64,000 nt of DNA, from positions 11,346,001 to 11,410,000 of the forward strand of contig JAQFVV010000010.1 in NCBI GenBank assembly GCA_028023455.1, read 5' to 3'. Position 1 is the stretch's first letter; every line of letters starts with the position of its first letter. The stretch comes from Epiperipatus broadwayi (lineage: Eukaryota > Animalia > Onychophora). Under the pieces are notes generated by a model. That model saw nothing but the letters and a program-made list of their open reading frames with translations, was not told the DNA's origin and did no database searches. The translations under genes and the position numbers were made by a program. Positions 11,924 to 25,900 of this stretch are shown here, in pieces.

Positions 11924-14458
11924 TTCCATATATATAGGCACAGGTATAAATAAGCCTATGTTTCAGTTATTTCCATTTATTTTAAAATAAAATAAATGTA
12001 TGTGTGCGTAAATAACAAGGTGATTTTAAATATAAAAAAAATAGTAAAATGTGTGCATGTTAAAAAAATAAATAATACAAATGAAAGTTCAATATCAAGA
12101 ATAAATGAAAGCGTATAATTAAAATTTCCCACCAAGATTGCATATACTTATAAGCTACATAAAAACAGGATTAAGCAATGGCTACTAATTAAAATCCATA
12201 AACAGCAGGAGTATTAAAAGGCATCTTAAAAATTTAATCAAAGCAGTGGATGAATTTAAAAACTAATTAAACAAATGACAACAAGGTCATCATATAAATA
12301 GGGCTGAAAATTTTGTCAGTCAGTGATACACATACCTAGAAGCAGTCATTCTCATATCTAAAGTCAATCACCTATTATACATGTTTGTTAACCTCTTTGT
12401 TGCCCATTATTTTATTGGCTGAGTGAGGTAAAAGTTTAAATTTTTAATTGGTCAATTCACAAACTCAATCATGAAAATATATTCATCTTTTAATATTATA
12501 TTCACTTTAGTTTCATTTGTAAAAAGTATATTAATAATTTGTCATGTTATCAAAGTGAACAAAAGTTTTTTCAAAAATAAATTTTTCTTTATAATTTAAA
12601 AATATTCGATAGTCAGCAAATCTAAAACAAACATTTACTCACCAACCAAAAAGATTTGATGATGTCAGTGATTTCTTTCTCAGTTTTATGATCCCGAAAA
12701 ATAAATAATTTTTACTAAAATATTATATATTTTTCTGTAATAATTTTATTTTTAGCACATTTTATCAAAATAATTTATAATTTGTCAAAAAATACATTTA
12801 AAATGGTCTAAAACATTCGTTTATCATTTTCGAAATGAAACAAAAACAAATCTTAACTTTTCAGTTGACCTTCCATTCTCTTTGTTGAGGAAATGTAACA
12901 GCCAATAAGATTCAAGAAGAGACACCCATTTCTTTTGTTAAAGTTTTGATGACCGTTTTATTGATTTTTTACTTGTAAAATAATTCAAGAGAAGGCAGCA
13001 TCTTACGGAACTTTTTCTAAATTTTCAAATGACAATAAAACTTTAACCATACCATTAAAAGTGACGGGATTTGTACAGTCTGAAGCCGATGCCAAATCAT
13101 CATGTTTTTAACCATGACTAGCAACCATTGCATTAATAAAGACAATGCAGTGTTGAGCAGTTTACAGAACATACAATGGATTCCAGCCACAGTCCAACAG
13201 AATATCAGCAGTCTGCCTGATAGAAGTAATGCCCATCTAATAATTTAAAGCCACCAAAAAGTGTCTAACTGCCTTGAGTAAGAAGTAGCCTGGAACCGCA
13301 TTTGTCAGGACCGCAACAGAAGCCTAAAATTCAACTGGTTGGTAAAACACACATGCAACAATAAATAATTTGAAAAGGTAATAACATTTTCTTATTCCAA
13401 TTCTGATATTAATTTAAGTAGCCATTGCAATCTTGAAACCTTCCAGAGTCAGTTTAATAAATGAACTCTATAGCCACAGAAATGAACTATTTATGTGTGT
13501 GTTTAAATTAGTTTGTTATCATTCAGGGCACATTAGTTACCTGAAGTTTACTACTAAAAAAGTGCTTTGAATGATAAGTGTTGAATTTTGCAGACCAGAA
13601 GATCTATGTGCTTGAAATGTAGTCACAGTTATGTATCTTATATAGCTCTGGCTTGGTCATAGGTACCCTTTGGTTCTTCTCTGCCTAAGAGACCGGTGTG
13701 GAACAATACTTAAATTGCAGTGGAGTAGATTGAATGTATAATAAATAATTTTATAATATCATATTTTTATGTATAAAAGTAAGTCTTACAATATTGTTTC
13801 ACAATTTCTATTTATATTAAAGAGTAAAAGTTTATGCTAGATTGCGTTTCCTATTCGATCTACTATCCCCACCCAGTTCAATATATATATATATATTAAA
13901 ATAAAGATTTTTACAGGAAAAAGTTATATCTTGGTTTATCTGAGAATTTGCCTGGATCACTCCTAACATCAACTTGTGAGATAGCTAAAACCTCAGTACA
14001 ATAGTATTATTAATTATGAAGGGATGAACTTAAGTAAAGCGACTTATATATTTATGAACATGCATTATGAAGAACTAGAATGAATTTCATTAAGAAATTT
14101 ATAATAATAATAAAAAAATTTAGCCCTTAGTTATACTTTCTCTTGATATTCGAAATATTTTAAATGAATAAATATAATGGAGTCATGATATTGTCATGCT
14201 TTGTTCCAATCCCTGTTGCTTATATATAATAATTCAGGTTTTATAAACTTTGATTATAATATTACACGTATTGTTTATAGAACTACAAGTATACAGTACT
14301 TTTCAACGTGCATATATATATAATACTTTTATATGTATAGTTTATATGTATAGTATGCATAATGCCAATAATATTGATCATAAACTTTTACAGCAAAAAA
14401 AACAAAAAAATAAAAGAACATGTAATTTAGCTTAATGTTGCAACTATTTCTTTTGAAT

Positions 14459-14644
14459 ATAGGGGATTTGAACTCAGACTTTCAAGGACCCATCAACTAT
14501 CCACACTATCTCATATCACTGATACGCATGTCCACATGCATGTAGAAAAGATAAATAATCACATTGTATGGTCATGTGTATCAGTGGTATAAAATAGTGT
14601 GGATATCTGACAGGTTCTTGAAAGTCTGAGTTCAAATCCCCTAT
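14459..14644. mobile_element. Short fold-back of the family 2 3' end
   Basis: ATAGGGGATTTGAACTCAGACTTTCAAG ... CTTGAAAGTCTGAGTTCAAATCCCCTAT; the same sequence occurs at 6171/6500 and 39498. Confidence 0.75.
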
Positions 14645-16499
14645 CTTTACAATTAGGCTCCAGGTATGTGAAGAGTGTGTGTATTTCAAATATTTACTAT
14701 CTCTTTCATATGTTCTATATTCACTTCTTATTCTAAAATTACCTTGTTCTGGTTTCATCCAAAGTAGCTACTGAACAGATTCAAAAATTAGAATGGTCAC
14801 ATTATCAAAATCTTCGATACTTTACTTACATATATTGTATTAAACATTGCAATAGTTTTGTGCATTAATACAAGCACTTATTTCTGCATTAAAAATACAC
14901 TTAAAAATTTAATCAATAAATATTTTTGAAATTTTACTTTATCAAAATGCATTTATTACACAAAATTACTACACATAATAAATAACCTGGATAGTCTGAC
15001 ACAGGGGTAGATTGGAATACTTGAAAATTAAAGATCTCAAATTAATTCTCTACAGAGAAATTTCTTTAAAAAAGTCAGTCACATTAATGGATCTACTGAT
15101 CTTATTCACTCACTTGGTGTTGAAACATCACATAATTTTCCAAGCAACTAATTGCACATTTATCTACCTTTTTATTTTTTCATGTTTTTATGTTCAAAAT
15201 ATGATGTATATCTGAATTACTTTATTTACTTGTAGATTTGGTAAAATTCATAATGAAAAATGTTTTTACTCACTATTATGTATTTTCTAGAATGTATATA
15301 ACTTCAGTTATCTTAGAAAACAAATAGATGAAACAAATATAATATCTAATGATACTGAAACACTATTTTTCAACTATGGAGATCAATGGTCATACGCATC
15401 TACCAAATCTTATTTGCAATTTTCTTTAGTCACTATGAAAGTGGAATGTCTTTAAACCTCTATCCATTCCATATCAAAATATCTAAACCATGACATTTTT
15501 AATACATTGATTTTGCCTAGGTCATTGTTTGATATAAAAATGGTCTTAAATAGTCTCCTACACCTTTTCTGTACAGAAAAGATCCCTCAAACTGGCAACT
15601 ATTAATTGATCAGCAGTGTTATTTTTGTTTTGGGTTTTACATTTAGACAATAAGATATCCAATAATTGGTGTCTATAAAATGATTGCCAAAAAATTGTCA
15701 CTATGGACGGAAATTCTTAGCTGTCTAAAAAATTTCACATTCCACTTGCATTTGAATCCTATGTTATGGGCATAAGGTATATAAAAATGTTTTTATATTG
15801 CTTCAGTTTTTAAATTTTATTCAAATTTCAAAGTCAATTTCCCACTAGCATAAATCATATTTCAAGTTTTTGATATCCCTATGTCCTTTGTTATCATTAT
15901 ATTGAAAAATCCTGCTTTAAAAATATTCATAAAGAGGAAATATAATATGAGACACCATTTAAATTTTTTTTATTCACAATATGAGATATCATTTGGATTC
16001 TTTTTATTCACAATTTATTCTGTGTGGGTAATATTTATAATTGACTTTCTTGTATTGCTTTCTTTTAGATTGAATTATATAAGATCGATGTAGTAAAAAC
16101 TAAAATCTTTTAAAATTTACTTCCATATTTTTATTTATTACAAAAAAAAAATCATGAATTTTTAACCGACTTTATAGAAAACACTTCGGCAAAACTTAAA
16201 AATTTGTTTACTTATGTTTATTAATAAATTAGTCATTGTAAATTATTATATATTTTTTTAGTTATCTAATCTATATCATTACAGAATAGAACAATAGCTA
16301 TACACCAGGTACTAACCAAAATAACAAAAGTTTAACATATACATAATTTTCAGAAGCTTTAATCCTTAAACAAGTTCTCAAAATTCTTTCTATGCATGAT
16401 AAGTTTATGTGCGCACACATTTATTCAGCATTTAAAGATAAAATATATTACTGTTGCTATAGAAGATTCAGCTCTTTCTGTAGGATACTAATCAATTGT

Positions 16500-16618
16500 C
16501 ACGTGGTTTACAACTTTTCGCTTCACGAATTATCATGCAAGTAATTGTAGTAATATTGGTATACGGTTATCTTCTTTCGGCTTACTTTAAAAGCAATTTA
16601 AAGATTTTTTTATAAATA
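16500..16618 (+). promoter_or_regulatory. Candidate promoter of the orphan ORF (E-box and TATA box)
   Basis: CACGTG at 16500-16505 and TATAAATA at 16611-16618, ~75 bp upstream of ATG 16694. CpG is locally retained. Motif match only. Confidence 0.35.
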
Positions 16619-16693
16619 TCTATTAGTGAAAGAATTTATAATTAATTATAATAATTATAGTTTTAATTAATTTAAAAATTGTGTTTCAAAAAT

Positions 16694-17521
16694 ATGGCAA
16701 GATTTTACGAAAAGCAAGAAAATTCCTTTAAAAAGAAAAAAATTGCTCCGTTAACGATGCGGGAAGGTGAAATCCGGGATCGCGCTTCTAAATTATCAAC
16801 ATCTTCAAATCTTTCTAAATCATTGGCGATTATACCTTCACATCCACAAAACTATAAACAAATAGACCATTTGAACGAATCATTCAAAAACATGTCTATC
16901 GCTGGATTTAAAAATGATAGAAACGCAACCAGTCATTTCTGTCAACCAAAGCTGTCTTTTTCGCCCGTTTGGAATGTCTCAACATCTTACTCTTCAACCC
17001 AAACGGCAATTAAACGGAATAGAAAAAAAACGAGCGCAAATTATGTTTCTCTTCCAGATAGAGAACTTTACAAATCACATCCGTTATTTTCAACTTTTTC
17101 TAAAAGTACGATTACGGAAATATATGAATTAATGTATATGAAACATCTGAGAGGGCTTCAACAATTTATTCAGGAATATTATGAAAAATCATTATCATCT
17201 CCTTCCTCTCAATCGGATGATAATACAACCGCAAAAAATGAATTATTACTACCCGTTTTGGAAATTCACGAAACTGATCAAATTTTTAGTGATACTCCAA
17301 TTAGTCCTTCGCCTGAAGATGTGCCAATTCCTTCTCAGATTTTAATCAATAATCAAGACAATAATTTAATGAAGTCACCGCTAGTCAGAATCACGAAACA
17401 AGCAAGCTTTGATGATGCCAATTTAGACTCTATTGAAATTGAGCATCCCGTAACTGTAGGAGGTTTTCTCACAGTACCCATGCTTCTAATTAGAAACGAA
17501 GGCGAGAGGCCACCTGCTTAA
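16694..17521 (+). CDS. Intronless orphan ORF, 275 aa from ATG, Ser/Pro-rich, unknown function
   Basis: Longest plus-strand ORF in very AT-rich DNA; CpG is retained relative to the flanks; AATAAA at 17705-17710. No family recognised. Confidence 0.6.
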   Translation: MARFYEKQENSFKKKKIAPLTMREGEIRDRASKLSTSSNLSKSLAIIPSHPQNYKQIDHLNESFKNMSIAGFKNDRNATSHFCQPKLSFSPVWNVSTSYSSTQTAIKRNRKKTSANYVSLPDRELYKSHPLFSTFSKSTITEIYELMYMKHLRGLQQFIQEYYEKSLSSPSSQSDDNTTAKNELLLPVLEIHETDQIFSDTPISPSPEDVPIPSQILINNQDNNLMKSPLVRITKQASFDDANLDSIEIEHPVTVGGFLTVPMLLIRNEGERPPA

Positions 17522-18526
17522 AATTTAAATATTGAAAATGTAATTACCATTATTTTATTATAAGGCTGTACTAATATTAATAATAATAGAAATCTACACG
17601 AAGTTGTTTTAACTTTATTATGTTGTGTATTTGCAATATATATACGGTATATCATCTTTATTTTCCTCAGCAGTGAATCTTAGGTGCATGCGTGTAATAA
17701 TGAGAATAAAGGGTTTCATATTTTTATAAAATAGCAAACTAATATAAGAGCTCTTTAAAGTTTACGATATAGTATAAATGTGAATTGTTCGAAAAAATGT
17801 TAGAAATAATAAGCTATGATAAACAATAATCGATAATTATTACTAAATACACCGATTATATCTTGGTTACGTTATTGCTAGACTTCTAAAAAAAACACGT
17901 TGGCAAATACTTTATCACATAGTATAACAATAATATATACCCTGCATATTTTCATTAATGAAGACTATATCAGATATTGTTTTTTAGATGATAGTTAGCC
18001 ATTGTTTTATCTCTTATTTCAAAAATAATTTCAAATTTAGTTTGTAAAATATAAATTTAATTATAAGAGTTCTCTTTCACCTTATTGTAAAGTAAGTTTC
18101 AGTAACCCTCTATTAGGTGACTCTAAAAAAGAGTGAAAAAGAACTACTCTTAGTAAAATATGGGTAAGCTGATAAAGTCATGTACTGTCATTATTGATAT
18201 TTAGGTAATCACAGTTGGAATACTCCATACAGTAGTGACATCTAATGCAAGGCAAAGTAATCAATGGATGCAATAAAATTTGTGCATAAAATATATCTCT
18301 TCTTGCACCCATTGATTACTTTGGCTTATACTGGGTGGCTCTACTATATGGAAAAATTTTTGACATTAATAGATGACCTGGAATGAGATTTATATAATTA
18401 TGCAAGCTTTTTGGATTTAAAATTTAGGATTTTTTAATTTCAACTCATTAACTTGAATGGTGTAAAATAATAAATAGTGGCTCTTATATGCATTAAGTGC
18501 AAATGTTCAATTTTTGAATTTTAAAT

Positions 18527-18565
18527 GTTTACTGATGAAGGCAAAAGCCAGAAACACTTCTAGGA
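18527..18565 (+). ncRNA. Family 1-type hammerhead core, partly decayed
   Basis: GTTTA-CTGATGA(18532-18538)-A-GGC-AAAA-GCC-A-GAAA(18551-18554)-CACT-TC-TAGGA. A decayed family 1 hairpin lies at ~18215-18360. Confidence 0.55.
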
Positions 18566-19455
18566 ATGTGGATATTACAGCACTATTTTTGATGCTTATT
18601 GATTATTCAAACTTATGGTTTTAAAGTAGGATCAAAAAACTACTTTTAGAACAGATAATTATTTTTAGCAGAGATAATATTCTGTATTTGCATCAGCAAG
18701 ATTGAGACAAGAATAAAGATAGGACATTATTTTTATATCGATAGTATAGGTGAAAAGGATTTTGGCAAAAGATACTTTTAATATTATTTGTAAAGATATC
18801 AAAGACCATATAACATATTTATTCTACCAAGGCACTATGGTTTAAGCATCAAAATATGGTCATATTGACTTCAATGGCATCAATAACTATTTTGAGAGTT
18901 GATTTTGGTAAAGTAAAAATTTAGTGTTCTTTTTTCTAGGGCTAATTTTTTTTTTTTATAGAAAATTTGTCTTCTACTAAAACCAATATAGATAACGAAC
19001 TATAAAAAACTTCAATTCAGTTTGTGATAAAAAATATAAAAAACAAAAAGCTAAACAATTCTTTATCACCCATAGTGCTATCAATGAGTTATAGTGATTC
19101 AATACAAAACAAGCTGTTAACAAATTCAAATATTATGAAACAATCAAAAGTTCTATGTAATAAACTTGACATGAGTAATATTGGAACAAATATAAAAAGA
19201 TAAAGTGCTAATTTTCAACTAAGAAATTTTTTTTTTCAATTTTGCAGAATGGCTTTAAAATGAAATGAAATTCTCAAACTGTTTGCTATGGAAAATAGCT
19301 AACTCATGGTAATTCATATCATTAAACAAAATGAGAAAAATTTATAATGATCATTGACTACTCATGTTATAATCTTAACAAAATTATAAATAATTATTGG
19401 AGGGAAAGCTTCAGTTGTACATACACATAAAAGACATATAAAAAGCTCAAATCTA

Positions 19456-19550
19456 GTCAAGCATTGGTGGCTAGTGGTTAGCATAGCTGGCTTCCAAGCA
19501 GCTGGCCTGGGTTCGCTTCCGGTCAACGCATTTGACATATGAAAAAAAAA
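19456..19550 (+). mobile_element. tRNA-Gly(TCC)-derived SINE copy 1
   Basis: GTCAA-GCATTGGTGGCTAGTGGTTAGCATAGCTGGCTTCCAAGCAGCTGGCCTGGGTTCGCTTCCGGTCAACGCA-TTTGACATATG-A(9). TSD TCAAATCTA at 19447-19455 and 19552-19560. Confidence 0.85.
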
Positions 19551-19804
19551 GTCAAATCTAATTGGTTTAAAAAAATTATTTTGGAAATATTGCAACAAGT
19601 TTATTTTTTATGCCATAATTCTTTAGTTGTTTGAAGGTATTATTGCTTGAGAATCCAAAAATGGAATTTTGAATTGAGATTGATCCTGGGTATGAAATTT
19701 CATAAGTGCTAAATTTGATTTATTTAATACCTTTTTATATATATTTTGAATTGCAATTTGACTTGTGATATCTCATGAAAAAATATGTAAAAGAGCAAAA
19801 AACT

Positions 19805-19902
19805 GTCAAGCATTGGTGGTCGAGAGGTCAGCAACAGCCGCTTCACAAGCAGTTGTCCCGGGTTAGCGGATTCACTTCCCGGATGATGCTATGACACATG
19901 AG
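19805..19902 (+). mobile_element. tRNA-Gly-derived SINE copy 2
   Basis: Same body, diverged. TSD AAAAGAGCAAAAA(A/G)CT at 19789-19804 and 19903-19918. Confidence 0.8.
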
Positions 19903-20498
19903 AAAAGAGCAAAAAGCTGCTGCAAGAGGGTAGATATAAGTATTCCAATAATATTTCTCATACTCAGAATAGTTTTAGTGTAAGCACTTTTACTACAAAT
20001 GCACTGAATTCAGCATAAGAATATGCTATTCCTAATGAAGTTGTCAAGGTATTTGCATCATGACTACAAGTAGTGCTAGCTAAAGTTCCCCCTAAAAATT
20101 ATATCTAATCTTTAATGGATGATGAAATAAGATTATAATCCAAAGTTTCTTCACAGATGAACATAGGATAAGATTGTGTTTCAATCCTCTGTTGCAGATA
20201 GTTATTCAATTTATTAGTATTTTTTTTTAAAAAACCAAACTTATCACATGGTTAAGAGAATTTTTATATTAGGGAAGAATCTCTTTTGTGAAGTTGAATC
20301 AATACGGACAAGCTTTTTTAATTCTGTTTCTGGAAGGATTTTCTATAATTTTTTGTCTGCATTCATTGTCATTTAGGATTCTTTGAATTTTTTTGAGAGC
20401 ATTCTATCAAGTAAATTATTTTCGTGTATTTAAAATTTTTACAGATTTTTAGTTTTTCTTTAAATAGCATTATAAACAGGGGTTAAATTAATATCACC

Positions 20499-20602
20499 CG
20501 TCAAGCATTGTTAGCTGAGAGATCAGCACAGCTACCTTGCAAGCAAGCAGTTGGTTGTTGCGGGTTCGCTTCCTGGCCGATGCTATGACGTATGGGAAAA
20601 AA
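20499..20602 (+). mobile_element. tRNA-Gly-derived SINE copy 3
   Basis: Same body with A tail. TSD AAATTAATATCACC at 20485-20498 and 20603-20616. Confidence 0.8.
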
Positions 20603-21689
20603 AAATTAATATCACCACCAATACTTAGTTTATTGTGAGAGCTGTTTTCAATAATTGTTAAATTGTTTGCACTTCATTTTGTGTAAATACAGCCTAATCT
20701 AAAGATAGATGTTTAAAACTATTGCCTTAATTAGCATTAAAATTATTCTTTCAAACAGTTTATGGGGAATATATAATGACATTGGACAGTATCTTTTTTC
20801 ATCAAAGTTTACTATATTTTGGATTTCATAATAAAGTCTTGAAAGCTTCTGCAAAAATAATGATGCTGAATAGATTTATCAAAGTACTATTTTTTCTAAA
20901 AATACTAGATATATGCATTTTGGTCCTGAAGCTTTTCATGATTCATAGAGATAGCAAATAATATCAACTAGTTTGTTAGACTGATATTAGAACATTGTGA
21001 AAGTCATTATTCTAATGAAAATTTTCTGATTCTGTCAGTTTTGAATTTATGATAGGTAGTTCTTTTAGAGATTCTTCTACATTGATGAATCTTATATAAA
21101 ACTGACTAGGCATTTAATAGACTTTGTAAATTTATTCTTCATCTTTCTTGATCATTTTCTTTATATTTTTACAAGCCTGGATAAATATCTTTCACGCATT
21201 AAAAGAAATCATTCACATGTATAGATTCAGTAAGTATAAGTATATTGATGTTACATAAAACTGCCAATCAATCAAGAATAGTGATCATAAATAAGCATTG
21301 TAATGATCTTTTAATATAAAACTCACTCAAAGGAAAAAATAATTTGAAGTTTTGCTAAATAATTTTGCCAGATTTATGGAATCCAATGATTTAAGATTGA
21401 GGGGCAGGGGCACTTAATGGATGCTCAAGTAGAATCTATAGTTATACCATTTTTAATTCTAGTTCGTAAATCTACCAGTTTCAATAAAGTTGTAGAAGCA
21501 AATCATAAAATATATTTCTACTAATGCGTTAAAGGTAAATTAAGAATTAAAGATCTAGAAAGAGACTTCTCTATTACCAGATATAAAAATTGTGTATAGC
21601 ATTCATTATTTTTACAATCATTGCATTGACTGGTGCCCAACTACCCAGTTTGAATTGCGGTCCATCTGATAAAAAAGAATCCTAAGTCT

Positions 21690-22100
21690 ATCTGTGACTG
21701 TAAACTTTTAAATTTTGCATAAATTTGGACTTAAACTCCAGGTCATGGCCTGCATTAGCTATAGTATTCAGAAATGTATAGCACATCTTAAACCTGTATT
21801 AGTAAATTTTTTAATAGCCTATCTGAGATATTATATGAACCAACAAAAAATTTGAGATTTCCACACTGATATTTAACTCATACCAGATAGACATCTATAA
21901 CAAAATCCCACAAGAATATTGTTTACAGATTCATTCAATATTATCCTAAAATTAATTTTGGTTCATTTGAACTATGTAATCAACACATGCAACAGGAAAT
22001 AATAATTCTATATGAAAGTTACAAATGCCAAGTTTAGCACTTTTTAGCTATTTCAACTATTTGGATAGATGTTGAAGAAGTGTGTGCTCAGATGATTGAT
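21690..22100 (+). pseudogene. Decayed Penelope-like RT fragment
   Basis: Translated pieces LHKFGLKLQVMACISYS..HLKPVL, IDIYNKIPQEYCL and ILKLILVHLNYV resemble Penelope RT motifs in the correct order. A further piece FKSIDMEALYNH lies near 22985-23020. Many stops. Confidence 0.5.
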
Positions 22101-22258
22101 TATTTCTCCTAGAGGACAAGTTAAATCTAATCTGTTTATACTAAATCCTATGAACAAGTTTTATGTAAAATTTACCAGTGTTTAATACAATCAAATGAAT
22201 AACATGAGATTTATGTCTCATACTTTTTGCATTACGTATTAATCCTTTGTGTGAATCT

Positions 22259-22903
22259 AATAACCTTTATGACCAATGTCTTTAAACCATCCATAGAAAA
22301 GAATAACCTTTATGACCAATGTCTTTAAACCATCCATAGAAAAGAATAACCTTTATGACCAATGTCTTTAAACCATCCATAGAAAAGAATAACCTTTATG
22401 ACCAATGTCTTTAAACCATCCATAGAAAAGAATAACCTTTATGACCAATGTCTTTAAACCATCCATAGAAAAGAATAACCTTTATGACCAATGTCTTTAA
22501 ACCATCCATAGAAAAGAATAACCTTTATGACCAATGTCTTTAAACCATCCATAGAAAAGAATAACCTTTATGACCAATGTCTTTAAACCATCCATAGAAA
22601 AGAATAACCTTTATGACCAATGTCTTTAAACCATCCATAGAAAAGAATAACCTTTATGACCAATGTCTTTAAACCATCCATAGAAAAGAATAACCTTTAT
22701 GACCAATGTCTTTAAACCATCCATAGAAAAGAATAACCTTTATGACCAATGTCTTTAAACCATCCATAGAAAAGAATAACCTTTATGACCAATGTCTTTA
22801 AACCATCCATAGAAAAGAATAACCTTTATGACCAATGTCTTTAAACCATCCATAGAAAAAAATAACCTTTATGACCAATGTCTTTAAATTATCCATAGAA
22901 AAG
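22259..22903. repeat. Minisatellite, 15 tandem copies of a 43-bp unit
   Basis: Unit AATAACCTTTATGACCAATGTCTTTAAACCATCCATAGAAAAG repeated head to tail with no spacers; only the last two units vary. Confidence 0.97.
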
Positions 22904-25900
22904 AATCATATTTGACATTGATATATAAAATGTTTTTGTGCAACTGCTTTTCAGTGTCTCTTCAATAACCTAACTGTAAATTTAAATCCATAGACATGGA
23001 GGCACTATATAATCACTGCTCATGAAGGACAAAAATGTATTTTTATAGCCCTAAATTTGATAAGGAATCAATGGATTGTAGAACCACTACTAAAAATATT
23101 TTAAATTTTAACTTAAATCTATATATTTCATCTGTTAATTTGAAATCAAAATACCTTTTTTTTTCTTTTTATTGATATGAAACATTGGCCCAATATCTAT
23201 ATTTTCTGTAATTTAAATCATACAACTTATATATTAATGATTTATCCTAAATATATTTAAATCATTTTTTAACTGTCATCAAATTTTCTGGTTAGGAGTC
23301 TAATATTTTGCCAATGAGACTAATTTTATTCAAAGGATCAATTAACTTCAAAAAGTCACCATCATTATTTTTTATACAATTGTTTAGCTGACGACTAGAA
23401 AGCTATTAATTGTTAGATTAAAAATCATACTGTATAAATTATACTTCCAATACCAGGACTTGATTTTTGTCTCATATAAATCTGTTTTTGATGTTGGTTC
23501 TAATATTTTTGCTAAATTTGTTTGAAATTGAGCAAAATTACTATTTTTGATATGAGATTTTTTTTTTTTTGATAAATATTTCATCTTTGCATCTAAATTT
23601 AACATTAAGGAGAATTATCATTTGTGAAAAATTTATAGTACAAATGATATAGCAAAGTTTAGAAACTGAGATACTAACACTAAGTTTCTTCATCTAAAAG
23701 TAACCTATTATATTAAGTGAAAAAAAAAAAGTCCTTTCTCACCTGATCATTGGAAAAAGGTATTCAATTAATTTCTTTGTTTCATTGTTAAAAGTTTGGG
23801 ATATATAGCCGGCTTTTCTAATTGGAAGGAATTCTTATCAATTTCTGTGTATTTAATCAATTCTGAAAGAATAGATATTGATGGTCATTCTATTAAACTG
23901 ACAGTTCTATTCTATTTGTTTTTTCCTAATTCCATTTGACCAATTCAGTTGGCACTCCATTATTTTTGATTTCTGTTTCAATTTCTTTTATAAACAATTG
24001 ACAAATTTCTTAACATTAAGATGATTTCCATTCTCCCCCAAGATGTCTTAGAATTCGTTTAAAGCAACAAATGATTGAATTCACAATTCTTCTGTATAGT
24101 TGTCTGTATTAATTTTCAGCATCACATGATGTAGTTTTTTAAAATTATCAAAGGAAAATGATTGGGAAATTAGATTTTCTTCATATAAGAGAATATTAAT
24201 TCATATTATGAGCTTTGTATTTCTAGGAAACATTTATATTTTACAGCTTTTTCACTAATTATCTTTAATCAGGTGACAAATTATTACATCTCTTTGACCC
24301 CAGAAGTAATTTCATTTTATTAAAGATAAAATGTATCTTTTTTATCATTCATACATACATAACTCTATCTTTTTTATATGTTTCCAACTTCCTTCATTTA
24401 TGCACAATATTTTATAAGTTTTTAAACCACAATTTATCGTTCTTATAGTTAACATATTGAAAAAAAAAAAGTAATTGACTCAAAAGATTAGTTTCCATTT
24501 AACCAGTCTTTTTAGTTATGCCAAATCATCATAGTTTCTTCAGATGTCTTTCATATTTACCTAATGTCAATTCATTTATACAAACATCTTTATTATCTAG
24601 TAAACATTTGTAAATTATACAAATGATTACTAATTATCAATGAATGCATGCTAAAAATAGGACCCTAATAATATCAATTGATACAATATTCATTAGATAA
24701 ATATGGATTATGATGAAAAACATTTAGTTCAATAAAAATACATTTAAAGAGGCATTTATATTTTTTCCCCACTGGCTATAAATGTATATTTAAGTTAAAG
24801 AATATATACTATTGACTCATTAAAAGCATGAGAACAACTTATAGATGAAAAATGATGAGAAGTATGTGAAAAGACTGTATAAAGATATTATAAAATGTGA
24901 AATGAGTCCAAAGCAGAGCCAATGGAAGTTAAGTTGAAAGATTATAAGGAGAAATCAATTTAAGGGTAAGCAAGAGAAACCGCTATACATCTTGACAGTT
25001 TTAAAGAAATATTTTTTTATTAAACAGAATAAAAGAAAACAAAATGGTTCTAGTTAATGCTCACCTCCAGATATCAGCAAATCATGGTGGAAATCATATT
25101 TATACAAGCCAGAAAATTTCCAAGGATAAAGATACTATGTTATGTGAATTCTGGATCAAAAATGTCAGAATGGTATACAGTATCAGGCTGTTTTTTGCCA
25201 GTTGAAAACTTTGACAACTTGCATTTTAATAGATGACCAAATAAGTATTAGCATAATCTGCCATATAAGGTAGATGAAATGATTATGTCTACAGACAGAA
25301 CTATTGAGCAAGTATCAGATTTTCTGAATTCCTTAGATATTACTCAACAATCACATGGATTAGGAAAAAGGGAGTTTGACTCTTCTAACTTTTAAACTAA
25401 AGACCCACAAAAATAAGGTCAATACAAGTAATATAGTTTTTTTAAAAAATGTCAGCAAAAGGAGCATAGAAAGAGAAGTAATTTGAAGAGAGCAGGAATA
25501 ATTCAGAAGACTAACTAGGTAAAGAAGCTAGAAAGAAATCTGCTGTCATCCATCTCAACCCTATTCAGGTAAAAATGATCAAAAGATTGAAAAATAATGT
25601 CCAGTTAGTCATCGACAGAAAAATAATTACTAAAAACATTCTGACTTACATGGGGTCTCCAAGTATTGCATATCATGGGAAAATGCTTTCATGTTAGAAG
25701 ATGAAGGGCACCTATAAATGCTTAGATCTTGAGACTTTTTCCAAAAGAAAAATATTAATCATTGACTAAAATTTTACCTCAAAATGTAAATGAAAGTAAA
25801 TGAATAGGAAAGAAATCCAGATTAGGTATTCTCATCTGGATCAATTATTTTTATTTCAATTTAAATGGAGGATGAGGGAGTGAAGAATTATTTTTTCTCA

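Noticed and set aside
19461-19530. Functional tRNA-Gly(TCC) gene
   Set aside because: Anticodon-stem mismatch, altered T loop, A tail and TSD, and no oligo-T terminator; treated as a SINE copy.
22259-22903. CRISPR array
   Set aside because: Units are contiguous with no spacers, there are no cas genes, and the context is eukaryotic.
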